Assembly (NCBI GenBank): GCA_002269645.1
Contig: NIVC01000767.1
Coordinates: 124,001 to 188,000 of the forward strand
Direction: 5' to 3'
From: Macrostomum lignano
Lineage: Eukaryota
DNA: 64,000 nucleotides
Shown here: in pieces, positions 29,801-40,224 of the stretch
Layout of the letters: each line of letters starts with the position of its first letter
Position numbering within the stretch: position 1 is the first letter of the stretch
The notes under the pieces: generated by a model
Told to the model about the DNA's origin: nothing
Seen by the model: the letters and a program-made list of their open reading frames with translations, nothing else
The model's database searches: none
Program-made: the position numbers and the translations under genes

Positions 29801-30731
29801 AGGCATTGACCGAACCAAGTCACTGTTAAGAGCACAATTTTGGTGGCCCGGCTTGGATCGAGATGTAAAACAACTCATCGGAAATTGCAAGACGTGCAAA
29901 ATGGTCAAGGCTAGCAATCGAAACTACCTAAAATCTTGGCCGACAGCAATGGACGCTGGAGAGCGCGTACATGCGGGTTTTGCGGGTCCAATAGATGGCC
30001 AATATTTGTTGGTGCTGGTGGACGCCATGTCGAACTACCCTGAGGTGCATCTGACCGCCAACATGGAGTCATCTACAGTCATCTCTAGGCTACGGAGAAC
30101 TTTTTCGCAGTGGGGTGTGCCAAGGACACTTGTCACCGACAAAGGCCCAAGCTTCGTCTCAGCTGAAACAACACAGTGGCTGAAAGCAATCGGGTGCAGC
30201 CATGTGACCACACCTCCATATCACCCTCAGAGCAACGGACTCGCAGAGAGATTTGTCCGCACAATGAAAGAATCTGTGTCAGCGTTGGGTCTGAGTCAAC
30301 ACAACATTGACAAGTTCCTACTGTTCTACCGATCATCCAAAGGAAACGATGGTCGCACACCGTCGGAGAAGTTTCTAGGTCGAAACATCCGGACTCCTTT
30401 GATGACAGAGTTTTCTGGAGATGACAATGTGGTGTACAGGACACAAGGAGCTACGTCACTAGCCAAAATCGTCCTGCCTACAGGCCGCAACACGGCAATC
30501 ATCAAGCTTGAGAACGGCTTGTACAAGAAGGCTCACAGAGACCAGATACAGAGCTTCAAGGGCAGCGATGACAAGGACGTTGTCCCGGAACAAGCTACCA
30601 CTGGTGCTGCTGGTGAGGTTGATCACCCTCCAGCTATGCGCCCTGGAGAAGAGGAGCGGGAGCAGCAGCAGCAGCAACCCAGAAGAAGTGAAAGACTGAT
30701 GAACAGACCGACTGTGAATTATAAGGAGTGA
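26898..30731 (+). CDS. Gag-Pol polyprotein (gag, two CCHC knuckles, protease, RT, RNase H, integrase)
   Basis: CSRCATSH...CPAYGKTCRKCGKQNHFQKMC; protease VDTGAAVS; RT LCVDYK and YVDDILI; RNase H CDAS...YSQIEREALA...TDHRPL; integrase HHCC (AHSTH...CKTC) and HPQSNGLAER. Confidence 0.97.
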   Translation: MKSGVKQPSATDKSPASPLKHAKMVVMADAEAQSQPIKGSDGPARAVAGAMEIERLELGNNYSRWLDRFTIVAKFYRWDSTAKAQMLLMRLSTALYDTLADQASPKKPSELSYSEIETALTSILVPATFVLAERYSFQLCSRKSGESVRTYAERVLKAAEKCEFINKGERLRDQFICGVADQNVIGKLLVRDHLRLSFKEAVAEAEAHSALVSTDIMKSAPKSENSGIMSIGMLKSSSKPRIKGVNRQQSQTQSSSKCSRCATSHGKDACPAYGKTCRKCGKQNHFQKMCRSKFVVPNQKNTAAVQHLDEHSQSDHVFMVGATSRQPLSTDAVTVTLDFISSSDKVSIPCQVDTGAAVSVMSDRVWKQIGTPELQPSSITLTGYTDAHQFKMLGHFISKVSYQGKVHRIPFKVVRSDRSFALLGRDILTIEIDFSKADGSEATRVFRARLELIPDAQPKYIKARSIPFAYKDRLKDEIDKLLAEGIIEPVTFSQWASPIVIVPKADGRLRLCVDYKQTLNPQLMKDSHPTPTPEEAFSTVAGCRMYTILDLKAAYNQVELEEDSKPLTVMSTPFGNYQYNRLVFGIRTAPSIFQRYISQVIRDVDGAIAYVDDILIGGESEKQLKDRESQVRERLEQHGLKVNEEKCQICQSRVRFLGFILDNGMILPDPEKVRALQEMETPKTMAELESLIGLVRFSGRFVPNLSHYLEPLTRLMRGRREFQWDSEQDEAFQRIKSMLTEDSALANYDPKKPVALECDASQKGLGGVLIQDNKPVLYISKRLSEAEKKYSQIEREALAIVWSTQRCQRFLAGRHFKLITDHRPLTYIFGPNEGLPTRVSARLQRWAISLMAFDYTIEYQRSQLMKSDALSRLLNNETARTYTIGSIQLPSTIISIQEVRDQSQDCPEIVLLKKAIRTSNFNDPRIRPYKAVADELTIESDVVLREMRVILPKTLRLSAVQTAHSTHLGIDRTKSLLRAQFWWPGLDRDVKQLIGNCKTCKMVKASNRNYLKSWPTAMDAGERVHAGFAGPIDGQYLLVLVDAMSNYPEVHLTANMESSTVISRLRRTFSQWGVPRTLVTDKGPSFVSAETTQWLKAIGCSHVTTPPYHPQSNGLAERFVRTMKESVSALGLSQHNIDKFLLFYRSSKGNDGRTPSEKFLGRNIRTPLMTEFSGDDNVVYRTQGATSLAKIVLPTGRNTAIIKLENGLYKKAHRDQIQSFKGSDDKDVVPEQATTGAAGEVDHPPAMRPGEEEREQQQQQPRRSERLMNRPTVNYKE

Positions 30732-30754
30732 ACTGTAATTTTGAAGCAGGGAGG

Positions 30755-30991
30755 TGCTGCGGGCTGGCTTCTGCCCGAGCAGATTGAACTTTAATTTGTA
30801 ATTGCCATAGACAAGTTTATTTGCCTGTACTGCGATTAGTTGGCGCAAGTGTCAAAGAGCCTTCGTGACAAAAAATAGAAATACATAAGTATTCAAGAAG
30901 ACTCTGATAAGAGCAACGGCTGCAAGAGCCGAGAGTGCACGGCACACAACTTGCGTAAATATAACGCAATACAAAAGACAGACTTGTAACA
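30755..30991 (+). repeat. 3' LTR
   Basis: Copy of 26644-26880, immediately preceded by the purine tract gaagcagggagg (30743-30754, PPT). Confidence 0.97.
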
Positions 30992-31372
30992 TCAGAGATC
31001 AGTAAGTAGCCTTAAGCATACCGACCAATCAGAGATCAGTAAGTAGCCTTAAGCATACCGACCAATCAGAGATCAGTAAGTAGCCTTAAGCATACCGTTC
31101 AATCAGAGATCAGTAAGTAAGCCTTAAGCATACCGACCAATCAGAGATCAGTAAGTAGCCTTAAGCATACCGACCAATCAGAGATCAGTAAGTAAGCCTT
31201 AAGCATACCGACCAATCAGAGATCAGTAAGTAGCCTTAAGCATACCGTTCAATCAGAGATCAGTAAGTAGCCTTAAGCATACCGACCAATCAGAGATCAG
31301 TAAGTAGCCTTAAGCATACCGACCAATCAGAGATCAGTAAGTAGCCTTAAGCATACCGTTCAATCAGAGATC
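30992..31372. repeat. Same 37/38-bp satellite, right of the LTR element
   Basis: ~10 copies. Confidence 0.97.
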
Positions 31373-32094
31373 AAACAGCCAAATCCTACCAGATACACTG
31401 CTTAATATTATCTTCCTGACCGATCAGAGGTCCGTAGACCTGTCGCGCTGATTATCGGAACAAAGTAAGTAAAAAATTAGGAATTGTGCTAATAAGTGCT
31501 TTTGTAGACTGACTGCCAGCTACATAATCCTGTAATAATTTCTCCAAGTTAAGGATAAAAAACAAGAGACAGCAGATCCAACTAGAATAATTCAAAATGC
31601 TTCAATAACCATTGATTTTAGATTTTATAAAGTTATAAAGCATACTAAATTGAAGTCGACGACCCCCCATCCGTATATATTGAAGACACCGGGACGGGTT
31701 TATGACCAGCAGCAGGTAGAATTAATTCCATCTTTACTGTGTCTCTGCTACACTGAGAAATTTAAATTTAAAGGCCACACGTGTGTTTTTATAATCCGAG
31801 AGTTCAATCGCTTGGCAGCTCAGTCGGGGATGGGGCGCTTGGGATTTTTCTGCCTAACACCGGGGCGCCAGCGAGGCGCCTGCTAAGCAGTACCCAGAGC
31901 AAGGCTCCGCACGCGGCCTCTGCATTAATAATGCAGCTTCAGCCAGTGGCTGTTTCCATAATCTTACAGTGCTGAGATATTACGATTCCACTGAGGGGGG
32001 TTCTTTGTAGGTAGGTTAGTTTAAGGATGCCAGGCTTGATTGGCAAGCAGTCTTCGGCCTCCATAAACCATTGCTTCAATCATTTAGGGTATAT

Positions 32095-32380
32095 TAGCAA
32101 TCTATTCCATTTTGTCAACCATGCAGGGTAGATTAGCAATCCATTCTATTCTGTCAACCATGCAGGGTAGATTAGCAATCCATTCTATTCTGTCAACCAT
32201 GCAGGGTAGATTAGCAATCCATTCTATTCTGTCAACCATGCAGGGTAGATTAGCAATCCATTCTATTCTGTCAACCATGCAGGGTAGATTAGCAATCCAT
32301 TCTATTCTGTTAACCATGCAGGGTAGATTAGCAATCCATTCTATTCTGTCAACCATGCAGGGTAGATTAGCAATCCATTC
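32095..32380. repeat. 39-bp minisatellite upstream of the TM exon acceptor
   Basis: Unit attagcaatccattctattctgtcaaccatgcagggtag, 7 full copies. Confidence 0.96.
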
Positions 32381-32410
32381 CAACGACAATCCCACTGGTC
32401 ACCATTGCAG

Positions 32411-33003
32411 AGGATGACATCATCGTCATAGCAGTGTCAGCAGGTGTGGTCTCCCTGCTAATCGTATCCACCTGCGTCATGTTCGCCGCCGTGGTGCGGG
32501 TCCGCCGTCGTCGCAGCCGCCGCCGTCGGGAGCAACAAGTTGACAAGCTGCAGAATTTTATAGCAGTCGATGAGCCGTCAGCTCTGACAGCGGAAGAGCT
32601 GGCCAGTCTGCAGCAGCAGCAGCAGCAGCAGCAGCAACCAGGGATCTGCTTTTTGAGTCCAGCGGTTTCGCTTGTTGCGCATCACCGCCAGCAGCAGCCG
32701 TCGCCTCAGTCGCCTCTGCCTCAGCAGCAGCAGCAGCAGCAGATTCTTCTCCGTCCAATCCTGGCTCGTTCGGCCTCGACCACCCTTGGCGCAGTATCGC
32801 CGCAGGGTTCGCTGCAGTCGTCCTCGGACGCGCCGAGCGGCTACGCCACTGTCAGCAACAGCAGCGGCGGCACAGTTCGGTTCAGCCAGTTCAGCGATTT
32901 GTACTTTTATTCGCCAAACTCCTGCCCAATCAGAGCCAGCGGAGGGCTGGAGGGAGTCAGCGAAGAGGCCGGATATCCGCCCAGGGGAGTGTCGTATGTG
33001 TGA
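32411..33003 (+). CDS. EVA1C-like last exon: TM helix and cytoplasmic tail
   Basis: accattgcag|AG, phase 1. DDIIVIAVSAGVVSLLIVSTCVMFAAVV is followed by the RVRRRRSRRRR stop-transfer cluster, then a polyQ tail ending GVSYV-stop. Confidence 0.8.
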
Positions 33004-33049
33004 CCCTCATCAGTGTTAGCTCCGCTGTGTGTTAAAATACGAGTAAGAA

Positions 33050-33460
33050 GTTATTCGATTAACGCTTTCTAATGAGGGATTCCCCCATCAGTTGTAGCTC
33101 TGATGTTTCTAAAAATAGAAACTGGCAGCAAATCAATACAGGATTCCCCCATCTTGTGTATCTAAAAATAGAAACTGGCAGCAATCCAATGTAGGATTCA
33201 CAGCGTTGTAGCTCTGCTGTGTCTACATTGGAACTGGCAGTTTACATTCGATGAGGGATTCCCCCTATCGGTGTAGCTGCGGCTGTGTTTAAAAGTAGGA
33301 GCAACTATTATATGAGGAAGGGATTTCCCCCATTGAAGAAAGGTTTGCTGTTCTAAAAATAGAAACCATCAAATGGCAGCTATGTACATGCAATATGGGA
33401 TTCCCCATTGGTGCAGCTTTTGTTCTAAAAATAGAAGCTAGTAGGTATGGAACTCCCGCT
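33050..33460. repeat. Old degenerate ~65-bp repeat in the presumed 3' UTR
   Basis: Recurring ggattccccc...tgtagct...ctaaaaatagaaactggcagc. Confidence 0.65.
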
Positions 33461-33974
33461 GAGATACTGCATAGCCATTGTAGGCCATTGTACATGCGAC
33501 TGGATTATTGAATTCAGCGTTTATTACCTCAACGTACCACCACAAAGGAACTCGCTTTTAACTTTAGTGTGTTTTACTAAATTCCCAACAGCAAAAACAC
33601 TTTCTTACGCGATTGAATGCTACTTCAATGTGACGCCATTGTGTACACAACGCAGTTAAGCAGTTAAATTGTTACCGTTTTGATTTATTTTGATACTCGT
33701 TAATTCTGTCAGTTGTCAAATGCGATATTCCATATCAAACTCTGTTGGCCGGTTCGCAACCCGTTGACCGGCTCACTGATTTTGTAGTATAATATCATTA
33801 CATGTAATTTAATAACAATAATGCAGTTTTTAAATGAAATTGTGTTAATCTTGGAAATTGGCTTATCGAGTTGAATTGTTTAGTTTAATTAAATTATTAA
33901 CTAATGCAATCTAGCATCTGACGGTTCTGGGCTTGAGCGACAAATTAAATTGTCCAAACGATACCAAACATTGC

Positions 33975-34300
33975 AACTGGCACCGAAATAACACCAAAAC
34001 CGCACAAATGGCGCCAATATCGCACAAATGGCACCAATAGTCCACAAATGGCGTCAATATCACACAAATGGCGCCAAAATCGTATAAATGGCGCCAATGT
34101 CGCACAAATGGCGCCAATATTGCACAATTAGCGCAAAAATCACAAAAATGGCGCCAAAATCGCACGAAAGGGGCCGAAATCACACTAATGGCGCCAAAAT
34201 AGAACAAAGGCACAAAATCAAACACAGTGGCAAAATCAAGCAATTGACACAAAAAATCAGACAAAATGACGCCAAAACCAAGCATAAATGGCGCCAAATC
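33975..34300. repeat. Degenerate ~21-bp repeat rich in aaatggcgccaa
   Basis: Also recurs at 34965-35000. Confidence 0.75.
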
Positions 34301-35164
34301 TAGACCTTGATGATAAATTCGGGCAGAATCCAACGACCCAGCTCGCAAATCAAAGCACGCAAAGTTGCCAGACCAGAAGACCATCGGTCTGGTCTATACG
34401 AGAAAGCGGAATTCCCCCCTCAGCAATCCGAGTGCGGCCACCGAGAAATCAAGGAGTGCGAGTGAGATAGGGGGAGTAGATTAGGAAAATCTGTTCCCCA
34501 GCCTCCCGATCAGACAGAATCAATAAGTAGGTCGCTCTGCTGCACTTGAGAGAGCGAGGCAGATAGGGAAAGTTTGAGAACTGAAAACTCCGCACGCTGT
34601 AAAAGTTCCAATGGCGGCTGAGAAGGCTGCGTGTGTGAAACACGAGCCAAAGTTTAATTAATTGGCCAGCGGCCCTGGACTTTCATGTCGTCCTGAGGCT
34701 GACTTTTGGACACAATTTCACTCGGCCAGCCCTGTCTACTGGTCTCTGTGATTGATCGACAAAGCTGGGAATTGGGTGAGAAAGCAGTGCACCGAGCTCT
34801 CTGTCTCGAGTTATTCAAAAAACCACTTCGCACTTCAAACATACGAGCAAAGATCGAATAGAACCACAGATACCAGAATAGCTAGATATGTCATTTTCAA
34901 AAATGTGCTTATCTACTCTTTAATTCAGTAGCAAATTGGCGTTTTTGCCCTCAGAATAGTATACTAAAAATGGCGCCAATATCGCACAAATGGCGCCAAA
35001 ATTTATTGAATTTTAGTCTGAAGATTGCAGTAGAAAAAAAAACGAATCCAAGTGCGTCTGCATAGCGAGCAACAAAATTGGTAATGTCAGCCCAGCCAGG
35101 CAGATTAACAGTTAAGCTGTCTTCCTCTTGTCCACTCTATGACCGTTTTCCTTACTACTTAATC

Positions 35165-35785
35165 TTCTCTCATTGGCTGAGCTAGCTTGGGCCTGCCCCT
35201 AGGCTGAGATTCGCCCGTCTAGCTTTGACCTCTCTCCTTACTGCTCTCTCATTGGCTGAGCTAGCTTTGGGCCTGCCCCTTGGCTGAGTTTCGTCCGTCT
35301 AGCTTTGACCTCTCTCCTTACTGCTCTCTCATTGGCTGAGCTAGCTTTGGGCCGGCCCCTAGGCTGAGTTTCGTCCGTCTAGCTTTGACCTCTCTCCTTA
35401 CTGCTCTCTCATTGGCTGAGCTAGCTTTGGGCCGGCCCCCTAGGCTGAGTTTCGTCCGTCTAGCTTTGACCTCTCTCCTTACTGCTCTCTCATTGGCTGA
35501 GCTAGCTTTGGGCCTGCCCCTTGGCTGAGTTTCGTCCGTCTAGCTTTGACCTCTCTCCTTACTGCTCTCTCATTGGCTGAGCTAGCTTTGGGCCGGCCCC
35601 CTAGGCTGAGTTTCGTCCGTCTAGCTTTGACCTCTCTCCTTACTGCTCTCTCATTGGCTGAGCTAGCTTTGGGCCGGCCCCCTAGGCTGAGTTTCGTCCG
35701 TCTAGCTTTGACCTCTCTCCTTACTGCTCTCTCATTGGCTGAGCTAGCTTTGGGCCGCCCCCCTAGGCTGAGTTTCGTCCGTCTT
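35165..35785. repeat. 80/81-bp minisatellite, ~8 copies
   Basis: Unit ctctctcattggctgagctagctttgggccggcccctaggctgagtttcgtccgtctagctttgacctctctccttactg. Confidence 0.95.
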
Positions 35786-36669
35786 GCGTTCAGTTGTGCA
35801 CATAGAGTTAAACGCTTGTTGTTCATTCTTAAAATTCTTACTTGGGGTTAAAACTTCTTAACCCTATGCTCCTGAGGCTAGAAACCCCGAAGGAAAGGAT
35901 ATTTTAGCTGCCAGATTAAATTTAAGTGACATGGCGCAGATAAACTACTGAAAAACAGACTCCCTACTGTTTAATTTAATTCTAAGTGGCACAACAAGTT
36001 AATCTAGTTCCTGTGGATAAAACTATAAAAGTAAGTAAAAGCTAAGTAGCATACACAGTAGCAGAATTAGTTTTTCGTCTACATTTTAATTTCTTTATGA
36101 AATGATTTTGGACACAGAACTTGATTTCCACGCGGAAATGCCCGCTACAACCTCTGATGCAGTCAGGATCAATGAGTTGTAGCTCTTTGAATCCAAATAT
36201 ATAGTCTTTGGCTGGCCTGAAACCTGACCATTCTAGAAATAAAACACAAACCATTAAAACACTGTCAAATTTTAAGTTCTCAATAAAACTGCAGAATTAA
36301 ATCAGTGTGTATATTTTATAGTTCGGCACATTTAGGCTACTAACAAGTAGCAAAATATGCTTTTTAAGTTAGAATCCGGAGAACAGCCATAGATAAAACC
36401 GAACAACACGAACACGCAGACACAAGACAGACAACAATTCCCGATTAACACCGCAGAAGTAGCATCCACGTCTTTCTCCATGCTTGTCCCAGTTCCTCAA
36501 CAAAATCATAACAGATAAAGACTATATGAAAAAATCTAGCCTATCAAGAAGTCTACGCTCTACTTTAAAAAAGTTCATCATACAGTTGGATGAATCCTAC
36601 ACAGTTTTGAAAAGCTCGGTAGGGTAAAAAAACAAAAAATAAAATAAAAACGAATACGTGCATTGCTAG

Positions 36670-36840
36670 AGGGGATCGGTAGACCAGTGGTCTAGCTCGG
36701 CGATCTGATGTGCCAGCGGCCCAGGCTCGATTCCAAGTGCAGTCAACATTAATTTGGAGCTAAATTGGAGCTAAATTGGAGGGCCAACCCCCAAAGTCAC
36801 AGTGAAGTGTACATGCCTACATTGCCTAACAATAAATAAA
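36670..36840 (+). mobile_element. Possible second, unrelated tRNA-derived SINE
   Basis: A-box-like tagaccagtgg, B-box-like ggctcgattcc, ends in aacaataaataaa. Single copy here, no clear TSD. Confidence 0.4.
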
Positions 36841-37329
36841 GTTAGGGCCGCTGTACACTCCTGTCCTGCTCAGGGGAGTCGACGGAATGGGCAGTAATGC
36901 CTCTCGCTGGTTCCGTGACAATGTCGCTTAAATGTCGTCTAGCTATAAAAATATTTCTACAACATGATAAACTACTCGTACAACTAAGATCGTGCAGCCA
37001 GCTACTCTGTGAATTCGGTGATAAAAAACTATGGAAAATATCTGCAAAAAACATTAATAAGGATACACGATACTGAAAAACACACCGACTACTTATTCAG
37101 TAGACAGTTCAGCGTACTGATAGAATAAAAAACATTCTATATACTACTGCACAGTGCTACAAAGTCAAAATTAGAGAAACTGTAAAAAACACAAATTGCA
37201 CAGAAAGCTCTCTGCTTGTACACTGAGCAATTGGAACAATTTAGAACAAAGCAGGCTATTTCTAAACAAAATAACTGGAACCAGTAATAGTCGAAACGGT
37301 AAAATATGAGAATTACAAATAAGTTACAA

Positions 37330-38875
37330 TCGAAACTAAGATTTAGGAGTGAGCACACAACCAGTGCACCCAAATGCAAATAGGAAAAGCTATAAAATGT
37401 GCCCTAATCCATATTACACAGAGGATGCCCATATTACACAGAAATATACTCATATTACAAAGAAATATACCCATATTACACAGAGGATACCCCTATTACA
37501 CAGAGGATACCCCTATTACACAGAGGATACCCCTATTACACAGAGGATGCCCATATTACACAGAGGATACCCCTATTACACAGAGGATACCCCTATTACA
37601 CAGAGGATGCCCATATTACACAGAGGATACCCATATTACACAGAGGATGCCCATATTACACAGAGGATACCCATATTACACAGTAATATACGCATATCAC
37701 ACAGAGGACACCCCTATTACACAGAGGATACCCCTATTACACAGAGGATACCCCTATTACACAGAGGATACCCCTATTACACAGAGGATACCCCTATTAC
37801 ACAGAGGATACCCCTATTACACAGAGGATACCCCTATTACACAGAGGATACCCCTATTACACAGAGGATGCCCATATTACACAGAGGATACCCCTATTAC
37901 ACAGAGGATACCCCTATTACACAGAGGATGCCCATATTACACAGAGGATACCCATATTACACAGTAATATACGCATATCACACAGAGGACACCCCTATTA
38001 CACACAGAGGATACCCCTATTACACACAGAGGACACCCCTATTACACACAGAGGATACCCATATTACACACAGAGGATACCTCTATTACACACAGAGGAT
38101 ACCCCTATTACACACAGAGGATGCCCCTATTACACACAGAGGATACCCCTATTACACACAGAGGATACCCCTATTACACACAGAGGATACCCCTATTACA
38201 CACAGAGAATACCCCTATTACACACAGAGGATACCCATATTACACACTCGAAACTAAGATTTAGGAGTGAGCACACAACCAGTGCACCCAAATGCAAATA
38301 GGAAAAGCTATAAAATGTGCCCTAATCCATATTACACAGAGGATGCCCATATTACACAGAAATATACTCATATTACAAAGAAATATACCCATATTACACA
38401 GAGGATACCCCTATTACACAGAGGATACCCCTATTACACAGAGGATACCCCTATTACACAGAGGATACCCCTATTACACACAGAGGATACTCCTATTACA
38501 CACAGAGGATACCTCTATTACACACAGAGGATACCTCTATTACACACAGAGGATACCCCTATTACACACAGAGGATACCCCTATTACACACAGAGAATAC
38601 CCCTATTACACACAGAGGATACCCATATTACACACAGAGGATACCTCTATTACACACAGAGGATACCCCTATTACACACAGAGGATGCCCCTATTACACA
38701 CAGAGGATACCCCTATTACACACAGAGGATACCCCTATTACACACAGAGGATATCCCTATTACACACAGAGGATACCCATATTACACACAGAGGATACCC
38801 CTATTACACACAGAGGATACCCATATCACACAGAGGATATCCCTATTAAACACAGAGGATACCCATATTACACAG
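37330..38875. repeat. 20/22-bp minisatellite with a 918-bp tandem duplication
   Basis: Unit (ac)acagaggatacccctattac; the unique head tcgaaactaag... occurs at 37330 and 38248. Confidence 0.95.
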
Positions 38876-38902
38876 AGCACAAGCAGGTTATTGGACAAAG
38901 TG

Positions 38903-39161
38903 TTATTTCTCTTCGCACCACTCTGTCTCCCGGCGCACCTGTTCCTCCTCCTGCGGCGTGAAGTCGCATCGAATGTTGAACGCCTTACGGATTTCTTCCG
39001 GACTCCGCCCTCTAATAGCGTCAGCAACTGCTTTGCACGCCGTGTCGAGCAGGCCTCGAATATCCAGATAGTTGGCAGCTTGGATCAACTCGAACAGGGC
39101 CGATTGATCCATGCGAAGGAATTCGGCGTCCCAGCTGGATAGCTGCTGCGGCTGCAGGTCT
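38903..39161 (-). CDS. SKP1: SKP1 exon 2
   Basis: Acceptor cacgcag|A, phase 2. [37 protein letters not shown]...[10 protein letters not shown]...WCEEK-stop is the canonical SKP1 C-terminus. Confidence 0.95.
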
Positions 39162-39214
39162 CTGCGTGGTGGATTACAGGCTTCCTAGATACAGGTAAGC
39201 AGACAGACTCCTAG

Positions 39215-39850
39215 GTCTTCTCGCAGACACCCAAGTCCTCCCATAAAGACACCCAAGTCCTCCCATAAAGACACCCAAGCCCTCCCATCGACACCCAAGT
39301 CCTCCCATAGACACCCACATCCTCGCAGACACCCAAGTCCTCCCATAGACACCCAAGTCCTCCCATAGACACCCAAGTCCTCCCATAGACACCCAAGTCC
39401 TCCCATAGACACCCAAGTTCTCCCATAGACACCCAAGTCCTCCCATAGACACCTAAGTCCTCCCATAGACACCCAAGTCCTCCCATAGACACCCAAGTCC
39501 TCCCATAGACACCCAAGTCCTCCCATAGACACCCAAGTCCTCCCATAGACACCCAAGTCCTCCCATAGACACCCAAGTCTACCCAGAGACACCCAAGTCC
39601 TCCCATAGACACCCAAGTCCTCCCATAGACACCCAAGTCCTCCCATAGACACCCAAGTCCTCCCATAGACACCCAAGTTCTCCCATAGACACCCAAGTCC
39701 TCCCATAGACACCTAAGTCCTCCCATAGACACCCAAGTCCTCCCATAGACACCCAAGTCCTCCCATAGACACCCAAGTCCTCCCATAGACACCCAAGTTC
39801 TCCCATAGACACCCAAGTCCTCCCATAGACACCTAAGTCCTCCCATAGTC
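39215..39850. repeat. 20-bp minisatellite filling the SKP1 intron
   Basis: Unit acacccaagtcctcccatag. Confidence 0.97.
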
Positions 39851-39870
39851 TTCCCTGCAAGTCAGCTCAC

Positions 39871-40109
39871 CTGGCATTTTCATCGTCCTCAGGTGGTGGC
39901 GGGTCGTCTTTGTGATGCGCGCACCAGGCCATGGCTTTCCGAAGCGCGGCAGCGGTCACGTGAGGCAGGGGTATGGCCTCTTCGTCGTCGTCAATCTCCG
40001 TTACGCCGAGATCGTGCAGCATCGACCGCAGCAGCATCGACTGCTTGGCAGTGTCGGCGTCAACTTCGACTATTTCGTTATCGACTGTTAGAAGCTTGAT
40101 GCCGGGCAT
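39871..40109 (-). CDS. SKP1: SKP1 exon 1
   Basis: MPGIKLLTVDNEIVEVD...QSMLLRSMLHDLG...IPLPHVTAAALRKAMAWCAHHKDDPPPPEDDENA matches the SKP1 POZ domain. Donor AG|gtgagc, phase 2. Confidence 0.95.
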
Positions 40110-40224
40110 GGCCGTTTAAATAGCTGGAATCCAGTTTAAACATTTCGCTACTCATAGTAGAGCACGCATAGATACCCACAAAACAGCGGACACAGCACTC
40201 CCTCCTCCTCTGACAGAAGCCACT

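Larger units (their letters stand above)
26644..30991 (+). mobile_element. Full-length Ty3/Gypsy LTR retrotransposon (Mag-like clade), 4348 bp
   Basis: Two 237-bp TG...CA LTRs, identical by eye. PBS follows the 5' LTR, PPT precedes the 3' LTR, and a single gag-pol ORF lies between. Confidence 0.97.

Noticed and set aside
26733-30848. Antisense and overlapping short ORFs within the LTR element
   Set aside because: Shadow ORFs of gag-pol; no env-like or accessory ORF is present.
37349-39860. Repeat-derived ORFs around and inside SKP1
   Set aside because: Products of 20/22-bp minisatellites; the real coding sequence is the two SKP1 exons.
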